Part shown: positions 11,424-25,080 of the stretch, piece after piece
Position numbering within the stretch: the stretch's first letter is position 1
How the letters are laid out: every line of letters begins with the position of its first letter
NCBI GenBank assembly: GCA_051294375.1
Contig: CM119266.1
Span: 20,438,780 to 20,502,779 of the forward strand
Source of the DNA: Paraspadella gotoi
Taxonomy: Eukaryota > Animalia > Chaetognatha
Length of the DNA: 64,000 nucleotides
Reading direction: 5' to 3'
The notes under the pieces: generated by a model
What the model saw: the letters and a program-made list of their open reading frames with translations, nothing else
Database searches by the model: none
What the model was told of the DNA's origin: nothing
Program-made: the position numbers and the translations under genes

Positions 11424-13649
11424 TCTCTCTCTTCTCTCTCTCTCTCTTCTCTCTCTCTCTTTCTCTCTCTTTTCACTTCTGTCTGGGTCTTTCTTCGACA
11501 AAGTCACACGCGACGGGAAATTCATGATATCGTCTCTCAAATTGAAATTTTTTTAAAAAAATTCCTTTGGTTTTTATCTGCGTGTTCTAAAATTCCAGAA
11601 AAATTAATAACCGAAACGAATGAAAATCTTTTTCTTTTCCTTATTTCGCTTTTTTAAAATTAAAGAAAAGAAAATGGTGACAAAAAGAAAGAAAAAGTAC
11701 GAAAATAGAGTTTTGGAAATAAATTTAATATTTTCGTTTGAGAATTCTCGACGGGCCAAGTCGGGGTCTCATTTGCCCATAAGTCTTCCCTCCAATCCTC
11801 GTGCTGAGGCCAGTTTCATCTCTCTTGTAATTTTTTCCATGAGTTTTTATCTCATTTCCTTCTTCCTCCTTTCGAAACCGGCGGGAAGGGAGAGGGGGAC
11901 GGTGGTGGGTTGAGGAGAGAGAGAGAGAGCCGAGATGAGAGAGAGAGAGAATCGATGAGAGAGAGAGGAGAGGGAGAGAGAAGATAGAGAGAAGAGAGAG
12001 ACGAGAGAGACAATGAAATTTTGATTAAAGTCGGGGGTGAAACGAAGATAATGGTTGGTTCGAGTCGAGAATTAGTTCAGGGATCTGAGAGAAGAAGAGA
12101 GGATGATGAGATGACGAGAAGAGAAGACGACCCTGAGGAGATGAGACGGAGATGATAGCAGAGATGGGACGAGAGAGAGACGAGATAGAGAGAGAGAGGC
12201 GTATGAGTAGAGAAGTGAAGAAAAGAGCGATTTTCTGAAAGAAACAGACTTAGAGAAACGACAAATAAAACCGGGTGGGAGGGTAGTGATGGTAAAGAGA
12301 CAAAGTTTTAAAAAGATTTAAAAAGGAATAGTGGCAGGCAGTAGATTAATAGCCCCCCAAAAAAACAGGGAAGAGATTGGAGAGAGAGTGAGAGAGAGAG
12401 TCGACTGAAGACAAACCGGACAAACCGACAAACGGACAAACCAAACAATATCGCTCTCAAAAATCGTGTTATATTTAGCGCAGATCCAACGTTACTTCCA
12501 GCTCTTTTAGGCGTGAGAAGGAAATTGACAGGGGAGCGGGGGGGAGCAGCGTCGGTGGAAACTGGAAGGCCGATAACGAGGTCGGACGATGACGCAACGA
12601 AATAGCGCCTCTTATCCAATTAACGAGGCGCGGGCGTGGGGCGGTGCACTGTGGCGGGGAAGCGGGCGCGAGTTCGCCGTTAAGTGGCGATGGTAGCGGA
12701 GATGGTATGGAGGGGGAGGAGAGAAAGGCGGAAGGGGGGGAGAAGGAAAGGCGGGAAAGTGCAAACGTTCGAGTGTGCGAATGGGCGGAGACTCAGGAAT
12801 TGGGAAGAGGCCGATTAAATTAAAAGCGACGGACGGAAGGGGTGAGCGCGCGTCGGAAACTTTGGTAACGAGGCTGGAGAATGGCAGTTGGCGGGACAAA
12901 AAGGAAAAAGGAAGGAAGCAGCGAGAAGGAAGAGAAGATGGAAACTAGTAAATAAAAAAGGAATGGATTAATTAAAGATAGAGCGGATACAAAAAAGAGA
13001 AGGAGCAGGAAAGCTGACAGAGAGAGGACAGGGAAAGCTTGAGAAAAGAAAGGAGGATAGAATCTCTCTCCTNNNNNNNNNNNNNNNNNNNNNNNNNATG
13101 CGAAATGGGATCAGGGGTGAATGGAATCGAGGGAAAGGTGACGGAATCGTCAAGTGGAAATCGTCGAGAAGAAGGAAAAAAGGAGATTCGGAGGAAAAGG
13201 AGCGGAACGACTTGGAGGACCAAAAACTGACGTCGACTTTGAATTCGCGTGAGTCACGATTCGAGTCGCTGCCTTTCTCTTCGTCGTCGTCGTCGTCGAC
13301 GTCGTCGTCGTAGTCGTCGTCGTCATCGTCGTCGTCGTCGTCTTTCGCCTTTCGTCGTTAACGTCAGCCGGCGCACAGCGGAGATTGGAGCCGTCAACTT
13401 GATGCGCTTCTTCGTCTGAGTCTTCGTCATCATCATCGTCTATCTTCGTCGTCGTCGTTATCGTCTTCACTCTCAGGAGACGCCATTGCTCCGCCAGGCA
13501 GATGTAATTAGAAGCGAACGATATTTTTCATCGTCGTGATGAAGAAGCGTCACCTCACATCGACTCAAAATCTCACAAGTTGTTGTCGTTGTGATTTGTG
13601 AAGGTTGGCGATGTTGTTTTGGCAAAGGCTAAGCCTCTTTCTGCTTCAA

Positions 13650-16600
13650 GCTTCTTTTTTCTCTAGCTTTCCAAACCGATTTGATCGATCTGCTATGCAC
13701 CCGACTCTTTTAAGGGAAGACCCCAGAAGTGAGATTTGGTGGTATTTTGATATATAAGATAGATTAGCTGCAATTTGTGTATATTTCGACTGCGCATACG
13801 ATAGGAGACAGGAAGAAAGGAGCGATCGAGCAGAGAATGAGAGCTGATGAGACGTGAGACGTAGCAGACTGATTTGAGACGCCCGGCTAGAGACATGAGC
13901 GATGCCCTGTGATTCTCAGTCCCCTTCAGACTTTGTACTCGCACGTAGCGTAGCAGATGAGACTTTCTGGTAGAGACAGTTCACAAGAGCAATGGTTTTA
14001 CGATTGAGAAGCACACATCTCATGTACACCCCGGACAATTCTTGCAATACTTGACCCTTGATCCACCAGAGAAGAGCTAAGTGTAGAGAGACGTATGCTA
14101 GAGCCACCACTGATTGACAGGCTACTGTACGCGCCCACGACCGAGAGAGACCGAGACGATCTGAGAGATAGAGCGTTGGAGAAGAGAAGATGCCCCGCAG
14201 AGAAAGATTTGAGAGAAACTCAGTCCAAGCCCACGCTCCGCTTCCTCTCGCCTTCCCTCTTACTCTTTTCAGATTCCTCTCGTTCTTTTTTTTGCTCCAT
14301 TCTTCTGCTCTCATGCTAATTAACGTTTCTCTTCTCCTCCTGCGTCACTTGTCCTTTATGTGAGTCCATGGCTCTCAATCGTCGCTGCACTCGAGAGTCT
14401 CGAAGACCCAGACGGCGTGTGGCGGGCCACGTACGATTGACGTTCGACGACGACGTACGACGACCCGTAGAGCGCCAATATGACACTATAATGAACTTAT
14501 CGCAACGCTAACGAGTACTTGACATCGCGCGGGGCCCCATGGTTTTTCTCACCGTGGAATGTGTTTACAGAATTCGCGTATTGGATTTGATGGACTTTTG
14601 GCCGCGTGCCTGCGTATAGAGGATTTAGTATCGGTGTCCCCGACGAGAGGACGGTGGAGACGTACCGGCCGAGGGCTTGACTCCCCGATCGCCGATAGAA
14701 GATGAGAAAAGAAAGCGAACAGAGAAAGAATAAGCCGAGAGCAGAAGTCCCGGTTAAAAGCCGAAGGCGAGACGAAGAGATCCTAAGAGAGGCCCCGGAG
14801 GGTTTATCTCCTTCTGCGAAATTTCCACGCCGGGTTTCCTAGGGCGTCTTCTCAGGATATAACCTTTATAATAAACCTAGATATAACGGAGAGTATTAGG
14901 AATCCAGTAATCCGTAGACGGAAATCCGGTGACCCCTTGTCAAAAACACGTCTAAACGGTGAGCGATGCAGATGAGAAAGGCACGCTATACTATTTAGTT
15001 AATAGCTAATCCCTTAAAGATGTGGTAATTGTAATGAACCAACGAGTAAATTTTCGTGAATTGTACCGAAAACTAACCTCCCTCCCACCCCCTGAGCCCG
15101 TTCAAGACCATCGTTTCGAAAATCATATACTTTATCTAATTTTCTAGATTTGTCGGATCAACTTGTCCACGAACGCCATCCATATTCCTCAAGTCAAGAA
15201 ACGAATCCGCAGGAATGACTTGTGATGTAATCTCGCGACGAGAACTTATTATTTTGGAATTTCCATTCTTTCTCTAACTCGATGGATTCACGTCCTCTTC
15301 TTGTTCTATATTTGTATTTTTTTCTCAAATCTCTCTTCCCATGTGTCCTCTCTATATTTATTAATATTAATTTATTTTTATTCAATTATCTCTATGCCTC
15401 GCGCCTTCCGTCGTCGAAGGGCGAAGGCGGCTATCCCGAGGGTTCTTTGCAGCTGGCCAAGTATTGAAAAAAAGGTAAATGCCGGAAAAGATTAACATTC
15501 GCGTTAAACGCTGGGAAAAACGAGATCTGAGAGCTGCAGAGAGTAGACGCAGATGAGACTACTGAGAGAGAGAGAGATCTGTGTTAGACCGAGACCGGTC
15601 TCCCTATTCCTGACGAGATGCGCATCTCGTCTTCTGTGTCTCGGTCATTCTGCCACCGGGCTGAGATGTCGACTTCGACTCTCTCAAACGCCTACTTTTC
15701 TTCCAGCGTGAAAGTCAAGAATCTGGGCGCCGTGAGTTCCGCCAAAAACCATTTCAGTTTCCATTCGTGAAAAAGGAATTTAAGAAAGGCAAGGATGCTG
15801 AAGAGAAATAGAAAGGCAAATACAAAGAGATTAGAAAAAAAACCATGAGAAGAGATGAGATAGTAGAGAGAGAGGTGATAGAAACGATTCGAGAGAAGTA
15901 GAGCCGACCGAAGAGAGAAGAGAAATGAAGAGAGAGAGAGGAAGAGCAGAGACCATGAGTAGCATAGCCCACGAAAAAAGGGAAAGAGCATCCCAGAAAA
16001 GGAAGATGAATAAGCCATTAGGAAGAGAGATTATGATAACCTCTAAAATGGGAACTAAAAAACTATTTTTTATAACGACTAGGGAAATATCAGGAAGAGT
16101 GTGAAAAAATTAATAAATAAAGAAAGAAGGCTGCCAAAAATAATTAGAGAATTGTAAGTCTGAGAGACGACGTAAAGAAAAGATGATGCACGAGAGGTTC
16201 CAAGACTCAGAAGGATTGATTTGTCGAGGGTGAAGAGCGAGACGGGTAGAGAAGAAGTACAGTAGAGTGATGTGAGGACGGGGAATGGAAGGTGGGATGA
16301 AATTCGCTCTGTGAGCGTTTTTGCGAAATACTTTTGACATGGCCAAAGTAAGACAACGAAACCACTTTGAAAATGACCATTGTTGAACTCCAAGGTCTAA
16401 ATACCCATTTGCATGAAAATAACCGTCATCATTTCGGGGTTTTCTCTGCCGAAGGAAAACCGTGACGAAGGCAACGACGTTCTTGACGATAACGACGGCG
16501 TCAATCAAGGACAAGGCTGTCTTTGAGGATGCCACGACAACGATGGCAACGGGACGTGTCTAGTGTTGGTAATACAATGGGCGATGCGGAATAGTGGGAC

Positions 16601-19600
16601 GTCACTGCGAAGCAAGGGAGAAGATTTGGGTTTCAGCTCTGTCCTCAAACCTGTTGTGGGCGTTTGCATCCCATCATCGACGGTGGGCGCATGATTCAGG
16701 TAACCAATGCGCCAGCTCCCCCCAAACTAACGCATACGTTAATTAATGTGCCGGCGGCAACATTCCTTGAGTGAGAGCAGCAATGGTGGGCATTCAGTGG
16801 CCGATATAAAATAGTGAGATGTGCGCCTATTCTTGTCTTGAGATTTCTGGCGTCGGTGGGCCGTCCAGGTTGGCAGCCGGAGACGGCCGACGAAGCTGAA
16901 ATCGTAAAGGGGATAATGATAGTAACCCGAGGTAGGCAAGCAGGAAAAAACCAGGGAACAAGGCACCGGGCCAAGAGAGTTAAACCGGGAAATCCGGTCT
17001 CATCTCGCCCTTCTTCACCTCGATACCGTGACGACCTCGGTCCCGACGACGTGACGCACGACAGATCGACGACGACGACGCACAGACGTACGACAGACGA
17101 CGACTTATTGTGTAGAGGGGGCCGACTCTTATGTCATCAATTTTTCCCCAACACCACGGTACATTGAGAAGATTGTGTGAGGCGCAGAGGCGGAGACTCT
17201 TGGCGCGGGCTGGCGGTTTTGGGCCGGGGCCCGGCCTCCCTTCTGGCCGTGCCCACCTGTGGCCACATTCAACCGGATATATATCTTATTATCTATTAAA
17301 GTGGGGTTAAGATCCCCCTATGGTCCGTGGCGCGTCAAGCCTTCATGACGCTTTGAAGTGGGAAGCACGTGTGAGGTAAAATCCTCCACTTCTTCTGGGT
17401 TCGGTCAACCTCCTATAAACTCATTTGGGACTTACTTTCTTTCGATTTTTTACTTACACTTCCCTCCAGGCATAGATTCCGGCATTCGTATAGTTAATCA
17501 AGGATCACCTACCCGGCCACTTCAGTTTTTGTTTAATATCACACTTTGCACCTTTCACTCGTTGCCCCCTTCATACCTCACCTGTTCCTCTCTATTAGAT
17601 TTCCGTTTTCAATTCTCCTCTTTCCCACTCCTCTCCTCCTTCCACTCCCGCCTCCTCCTCCCTCCCTTCCGCACTTATAGCCCCGTATTTCCCCACGAAG
17701 AATCTCCCGCCAGTTTGTTGACTGGGGGGGGGGCATGGCAGGAGGGCTTGTTCCCTCGGTCTTCCGCGCGGATATTTTTCCGGCCTGAATACGCACGAGG
17801 TAATCTCTGGAAATGGTACAATATCTGACGCTATCTATCTTTTCTCTTCGTTTTACGTTTTGCCTCTCCCGGCTGACGGTTCGGGTGAGTGTTCAATTTT
17901 AAGGCTTATTTTTCCTCGTTGTTATACTCGAGATCCCGTGGCCATTCCTTGTGGTCTCTCGTTATTTACTCTGAGACGTAATTTCCATCGAGATATCCTT
18001 AATTCCCTCCCCTCTAGCTGAAGTAATATAATAATTTCTCCACGCTACTTTGTTCTCAGCCCGATTTTAACTGCTCTCCAATTTTCCCTCTCCCACCGTC
18101 ACACAAATTTCGAGTGTGCACACTCTGATCACCAAACCGTAAAAAGTGCAACAACCAATACCTTGAAAGTCAAGTCCAACCTTGGACTTTCTGATTTGGG
18201 GTCGTCTCCAACTTTCCAAATTTCGGTTGTACTCCGTCCCCGAAAGCCTTTGATGAAGTTTCCAACCCTCCCTTTCTGGTTTTAAACTCCCCACACCCAT
18301 GATTTCCCCCCCTTTGGAAATGCTTCGAACCTCCCCCCCCTTCGACAATTTTTCCACCCCGGCGCTTGGCTTTTAACTCGCCTGAACATTCTCCAAGTGG
18401 ATTCGCGCTTTCTACATCGTCCGGTTCCTTCTCTTACCGTCGATTTCACCTAAGCTCAAAAAAGGACCGTTAGAACAAAAGACGGATATAAATAAATCGC
18501 TAAAACAACATAACCAAAACAAAGAATAAAAAGTCAAGAAATAATTTCTCGCATAAATTTCTCTACTTACGGGGTTGACTTCATATGATAAAAATCTTGC
18601 TTAAAATTACTTGTTTTCGACTAGGTTTTATTTCTTTTCCTCTTTTTTTCTAGGTTAGATAAGGTTTCAGGATTGGACAAGTCATCCGGCCTTAGGTTTT
18701 CTAATTATACATCACTATATCATTCCTGGTTAGAAAATCATAATTTGATCAAACTCATTAAGGATATCTAAAATGCCTAAACAGAAGGCAGGTGGGAATG
18801 GACTCCCCATTTTTAATAAATGATTAATTTTTATCATTTTTACCAAAATACTGATAAGGAAAGTCTAAAGGGCACATACTTTGGAAGAGTAACATTTCAT
18901 GGTTCAAATTTCGTGTTTTCGATTCGCAAAACAACTAAAATTTTCGTCCATTGTCTTGTTTCGACTTCTTTTTGACCTATTGTTTTTTTTACGCGAAAAA
19001 TTCGGTAATATATTCCCTTTTTCTTCCCCTGGAAAAAATTCTCGTCTGCTCTTGCCAAAAATATCGCGTTGGACGTTCCTTGGGCCCCATAAAACTCATT
19101 GGGCCCATCTGGAAAAAAGGCTTTTTTTTTACTCACTGGTGTTCCAGATTTTTTTCTTTTCTTTTGTGGTGATTTATGTTCTTCAGACTCAATTCCTCAC
19201 GCCCTTCCTATTTTCTCTCTTCTTCTCTCTCCTAGAGAGGAGAGGGAGGCAGGAATCTCAGGCGCATCTCGCACCTCAACATACTCTCTCTCTCTCATCT
19301 CTCATCATTCCTCCTCTGTCTCTCTCGTATTGCTAACGTCCCATAGACTGGTAGCCCTTCGACGTTATAGAGGGAACCATTAGGAAGTTGATTCCTTCTG
19401 CATATTTTACTTCTGTCGTGTTATTGATCAATGTCATATTGATTTAGTGATGGCTGCTTGAGGTTATTTTCTTACTAACCTCTCTTCTTCCACCAAGAGT
19501 TTTAATGTTCATATTTTACGCTCTGTAACCACTCTACTTTCCGCTTCGCGAGTTCTCCGTGGTTCACATATTTTCCACCTTGATTAGCGTTTTTCAGAAT

Positions 19601-20225
19601 GAATTTTGTTTATAATTTCTTGTATTTTTGCTCAAGCCGTATATCACAACTCGACAATCCGCTGAATAACGAACCAAAGGTGTACTGTATAACAGAGACA
19701 GATGTATCGTGCACCATCTGTACGCGAGTTGGAGTTCGCTCACGCGAAGAATCCTCTAAGTTCAAGGACATTTCTCTGCTAAGTATGAGCGGCGTTCTGA
19801 GACAGCACCAGAAATGCAGTAGAAAATGCGCGATTTTATAAGTCCGAGTTACCCTTTTTAGGGATGAGTATCATTTTCTTGTACCGTCGATTTATGACCG
19901 CATCTTATGCCTAGAGATGAGATTTCGCTTTGCAAGGAAGAGATGAGAGGGGTTTGAGCCGTAAAGAGAGAAAGAGAGAGATAAAGAGAGAGAGCTCGAT
20001 ATGTATACCTCTCTCCTTCGATGTAAATACGACCTCACGGTTCTTCCTCGAGTAGTCATAATACCGCTTTCCTCTCACGCGCGTAGCTTCTTCCTTTTTT
20101 TTGCAGCCGGCCATTGAATTTTTCCTCCCTGAAGATAGAGCAAGAGATTTTTTTTGAATGGAGATTGAATTTTACAGTGCGTCGTGCGTACTCGACGAGT
20201 CATCTTTAGCTCTCAGATTCAGGTC

Positions 20226-20257
<32 letters not shown>

Positions 20258-23200
20258 ATACTCTCTCGTGTCTTACTCTCATTCATCTCTCGTCAACATA
20301 CTATACTCAATACTGATCAGATGACTATCACAGTATGCCTTATATACACGCACTCATCATGATATCACGGTCCAAAGGAGTGTTCAGTGAGTACCTTAAT
20401 GATGTCTACTCTTTGTATTGTTACTTGTGGGCTCGCTTACGACATATAGCTTAAATGTATACAAATAAATTCACCTTGGTTGGATATGGAATAATGTAAT
20501 ATATCTATCCAAGAACTCGTATACCAATAAGGAACTTCATATCTCGAAACTCGAAGAACGGAAGTGTAGGACCAAAGAAAGATAGATAAAAAATAAAGAA
20601 AAGGATTAGGAAGTTGAATATATTTGTTAAAGTACCAGTGTACACATTTGGTGGCTCGCCGCGTGTTGAATGGATATTAATTAAGTTTAACAATGGCATC
20701 CAATGAAACTTTTCCGTCGTCGGCGTGCGCTGTTATCGCGCCGCGTGTTCTGTCTCCAGCATACAATGCGTGCTCGCAGAATGTCTTCCATGCGCAGACG
20801 ACAGACTCTGGAATGGCTGCTGTGATTTGGTCGTACGTCTCGTATGACGGGCTCCGCACGCCGGACAAAAGGTGCGCGCGGGTACCATTTTGGTGTTGTT
20901 GTTAGAAATAATTCATCTAAAGAGCAGCTCAGTTTGAGTCGATGGCGGTTTTCTCAGATAGTCAAGATGGACACTCATAGCCACATAACGTAGTGCATCA
21001 CTCCTCGCGCTGCAGTACATTTCTCGCGTCTGTAGAGCGTGCTGTAAGTGCGAAAGGCAGTTACGGGACCGATTCGTTAGATGTCGAGATGGGTGATGCT
21101 CCCAAATCCAAAAACGTAACGCGCCAGATCCTCATCCGGACCAGCCACGTTGACGCTTCCTTTCTTTGTTGCGGAACGGGCGGGCCCTGGGGGCGCCGGT
21201 CTCTCGCCCTGAAATGCTCGGGACAGCGGTCCTGCAGCATGTATTTTTCTGTTGTTCTGTGGTGCTTTGTAGGATTTTTTTGGCTAATTACGTAATACAC
21301 GGCATCCTCCTGGTGCGTCACTTGTGAGACTTTGTTCTCCGGGCGCATTCCAGGAAACCCGTCTCGACCGCTCAGTTCCTGACGTGCAAGCCAGCCCCAC
21401 GCACCGTGCACCCTCCTGGTGTGCGTCAGCCGCGAGATCCAGTACTTGCGTCTTGAAGAAATAAACTTAAATCAAACTTGACCAGATAATTGCGTCAATG
21501 CCCGCCATGACCTCCGGTCTTTATTGAACCATATTCTCGGGGAGGGAGATAAGGGCGCGAACTAGATGCACGTTGCGTCACCGCAAGCACAGAAGGCAGT
21601 AATATAAATAGGAATGGATGATAATCTCACGTCTCGCAGAGGCAGATGGAAAGTCGACGCTGGGCTGACGATGTTTACGACAAAGGCGGTCGCGCCACTG
21701 AGCGCGGACATTTGCCACCGCCGCATAGTCACACTGACGAAAGGAGAGAGACTTCGAAGAGCGCGAATTTTGGAATTTCAATTCCTTTCGGAAGTTGCGG
21801 AGCGGTGTTGATCGAAAACCTGACAATATTCCGAATTTCGACAAGGAAAATTCCATTATATTTCGGGAATCACCCAGGCTGAAAAAAAATCCATATTCAA
21901 TTGAATCAGGACTTTAAACGGCCTGAATCAGAGGGCGATCCGATACACAGCCAGTACTATCAACTATTCGTATTCCGATTGTTAAGATTTTCGAGATAAA
22001 TTTTTTTCTACTTTTTTCTTGGTCTTCTCTGTGCTAGATTGGCTGTTTTTTGAATAGCCCCCTTTTTGCCTCTCATTTATACATAACGTCAAATGGGGGT
22101 TCTTCCAATAACACCTGCGCGATAAGATACATATGATCGCTACTGACTTGCTCGTTTTCTTGGTCTTTTCGCTGCGCGACGCGGCGCCCAAAAGGATTGA
22201 TAAACTTTGATCATTTAGCGGGCCGGCCGCGTAACTTCTCCGACGGTCTCCATCCACGAGCCATCCAGCCCGTGCTAATTATTTGTTATTACTATGTTTT
22301 TTTATTTTTTATTATATATCATATTATTAATATTATGATTCTATATTAACCGGATTATACAAATACACGGGCCGTATCTCTCTCTCTCTCGGTTTGTGCA
22401 TAGGCCAGTGAGACATCAGTCCCTGACCCTTCTCGTTTCTGCAGTGCTGTCCTAATCTTAGCCCGCTCATTTTTTCTTCTCGGCGTCGATCATCTACTCT
22501 CACAGTCCTCTCCCTGTGAAGATCTTCTGTTTTTTTCTACCCGGCTAACATTTTTCATACTCATACCAATACTCATATCTTTGATCCGCCCATGTTGACT
22601 TTTCCGGTTTTTCCTCCCACAAGAAATTCTCCAGGGTTTCCACCCCGGTTCTAGCTACACTTTCATCCCACTTTCCATTCCCATTTTTTCCCCGCCAGAT
22701 CTTTAGCGTTTTCTCCCTCTTTCCCGGTTGACCTTCGCTCCATCTCTCTCTCTCATACAATACTTCATCCCGGCTCCGGCACTTTTTTCCCGGTGCCCTT
22801 TCTTTATCTCCTCTTTGAGCTATATATCATCACCGGTCCCTCTCCTTCATGTCGGACATACTTTACTTCCACCATTACCTGCTTCTCCTACCTCTCGGAT
22901 TTCTGAAAAATATTCCCCACGCGATTTCTCGAGAGATTCCCGATTGCGATTTTTTGATTAAATAAGTGCGTGAACATTTGCCATACACTCCGCGTCGACT
23001 TCTTCATCCCTAATTGGCTTGGATTGACGTTATGCGATTTCCGTCCCCAAGAAACAACCTCTTTCGACATTTCTTATTTCTTACTCTTTCTTTATCGAAC
23101 TCCTTTTCGATATGTCTTCCCAACGTGTTCTCTTACGGATAGTCAGAACAGAAATAAAAAGAATCTCTCCGGCGGCGAGGTTTCGCGCCGCGAAGAGAGT

Positions 23201-23891
23201 CTAAGTTTGCTCTTTCGTCTTTCGAGCCGCGGAATTGGACTCATGGTGTCACCGTGAGAAACACTTTACTCGAAGGACAAGCGGAGCCAACTAACACTGT
23301 GACGTTTTCCAAAGAAAATATGCCCACATGAGTTTTCTCAGATGGACAACTTCGATCGCGACGATGACGGAATTAGCACCGACGCCGTATGAGCACACCC
23401 CAATACAGTTCAGAAGGTTCATCGCATAGAGATATGTGGGCATTTCCGCAAACGAATGGAGGCACCGCGATGCGTGAGTATTACTATCGTCGGCAATCCG
23501 AGTCGAGGAAATCTCGAGTAATGGGAAGAGATCTAAGGGTTTTACAACTCAACTTCTTTGCCGCCCATTGTTGATCTCGGCAGAAAGAGTCTCAACAACA
23601 GTCGCCACTCAGATTCTCCGGTGCTCCCGGCCTGACACAAAAATTCTCCCCTTCCACGGCCAGGAGAAGGGTGGTGGTGACCCCATGGAAGAGACCTCGC
23701 GCGAGAAACCGGACCACAAGGAGTGTCTCCAGTGAGTGAGAGTAAAGAATACAGAGAGCGTATGAACCAATAATCGGACCTTACATTTATTTTTTACGGG
23801 AGATCTTTAAAAACACGCACGGAAGAGATTGAAGTCCTCAACAGAATAAAATTTCTATTTTCGTTCCGGTCCATAACCGATATCACGCTTC
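13650..23891 (+). repeat. Left arm of ~10.24 kb inverted repeat
   Basis: Reverse complement of 36474-46715. Every ORF in this interval has an identical opposite-strand twin with coordinates summing to 60365 (e.g. 13693..13944- / 46421..46672+; 23389..23574+ / 36791..36976-). It ends at a 25-N gap. Confidence 0.97.
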
Positions 23892-23959
23892 NNNNNNNNN
23901 NNNNNNNNNNNNNNNNCCCGTCGCTTTGACGTTTTCAAGAGATGAAGTTCGCGACTTTG

Positions 23960-24180
23960 AGAGGCGCTGACTCGAGAGTCGAGACCCGACGGGGGGCGAC
24001 GACGATGACGACGACGACGACGACCGAGAGCGCCAATATGCAAATGAACTTCTCGCAAACCGCGACGCCGCGGGGCAGGTTCTGACCCGGATGTCGAGAT
24101 CCGTATGTGATTGATTGGCTTTTGGCGCGGAGAGGTAGATTTCGAGCGACGATGGCGTCGCTTATAATGAAAAGAAAGAA
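23960..24180 (+). repeat. Shorter copy of arm segment ~14385-14715 (inverse of ~45650-45980)
   Basis: Anchors ctcgagagtc, gagcgccaatatg, atgaactt and cttttggc are shared in order. Confidence 0.8.
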
Positions 24181-24477
24181 AAAAATGTTATGGAGATTTT
24201 TTTTTTCAGACAGAAGAAGAGAAAATAATTAAAATCTCATTTCGATGAAATCGGAGAGAATTTTCGCCGAATATTTCCGTGCTTTCCCCGTGCTCTTAAT
24301 CTCTCTCTCTGTCTTTCCAGCCGTCTCTTTCTTTCTCTCTCTGTCTCTGTCTCTCTTCTCCCCTTTCCTTTCACTCCGTCCCTTCCCCCTGCATTGCGAA
24401 CATCTCTTATGGTTAAACTCATCGGCCGAAATCCATTCAAGGAGCACAAAAGGAAGAGAATAGAGAAAGACAAATTT

Positions 24478-24550
<73 letters not shown>

Positions 24551-24739
24551 CGATTATCCCTTTTTTTCCAGGAAAGGGGGGTGGAAAGACCGCTGCCCTG
24601 CCATCTCTCCATCTCATCTCCATCATCAATTTCCATAACCACATTAATTAGCGCAGAGGCGGCGGCCGGCGGCGGTTGGCGGCGGCCGGCGGCGTCACCG
24701 CCAACGGAAAATCTAATAAAGGGTAGATCCCATGTCCGC

Positions 24740-24754
24740 GTCACGTGACCTTGA
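24740..24754. promoter_or_regulatory. Composite motif: palindromic E-box GTCACGTGAC overlapping TGACCTTGA (reverse complement TCAAGGTCA, an NR5A/ERR-type site)
   Basis: Sequence gtcacgtgaccttga. A second GTCACGTGAC lies at 25008-25017 and a GC-rich patch at ~24655-24705. Motif match only; function unproven. Confidence 0.3.
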
Positions 24755-24825
24755 AGGGGACATTGAAATGGCTTCCCTCTCGTCTCAACTCAACTCTGTT
24801 CACCTGACCCTTTTTGCTTGTACCG

Positions 24826-25080
24826 CGTGATATCGGGTTACGGACGAAAATGACATTTTATTCTGTGAGGACTCATCTTTCCGTGCGTGGTTTTTAAAGA
24901 TCTCCCCGTAAAAATAAATGTAAGCCGATTATTTTCATACCTCTGTATTCTTTACTTATCACTTAGTCACCCTTTGTCTCTCCACTCTTCCATTCGCCAC
25001 CACCTTTGTCACGTGACCAAGATTCTCTCACCCGTGCTCTTCTCACCTTTCCCCATTCGTTTCACTAAATTCTAGATCCT
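24826..25080 (+). repeat. Shorter copy of the start of the right arm (~36477-36840)
   Basis: Anchors gcgtgatatcgg, ccgtgcgtg, tttttaaagatctccc, gtaaaaa(a)taaatgtaag and ctctgtattctttact are shared. Confidence 0.85.

Noticed and set aside
12050-12075. tRNA T-loop-like GGTTCGAG (similar words at ~42034 and ~60813)
   Set aside because: No cloverleaf stems or A-box in the surrounding sequence.
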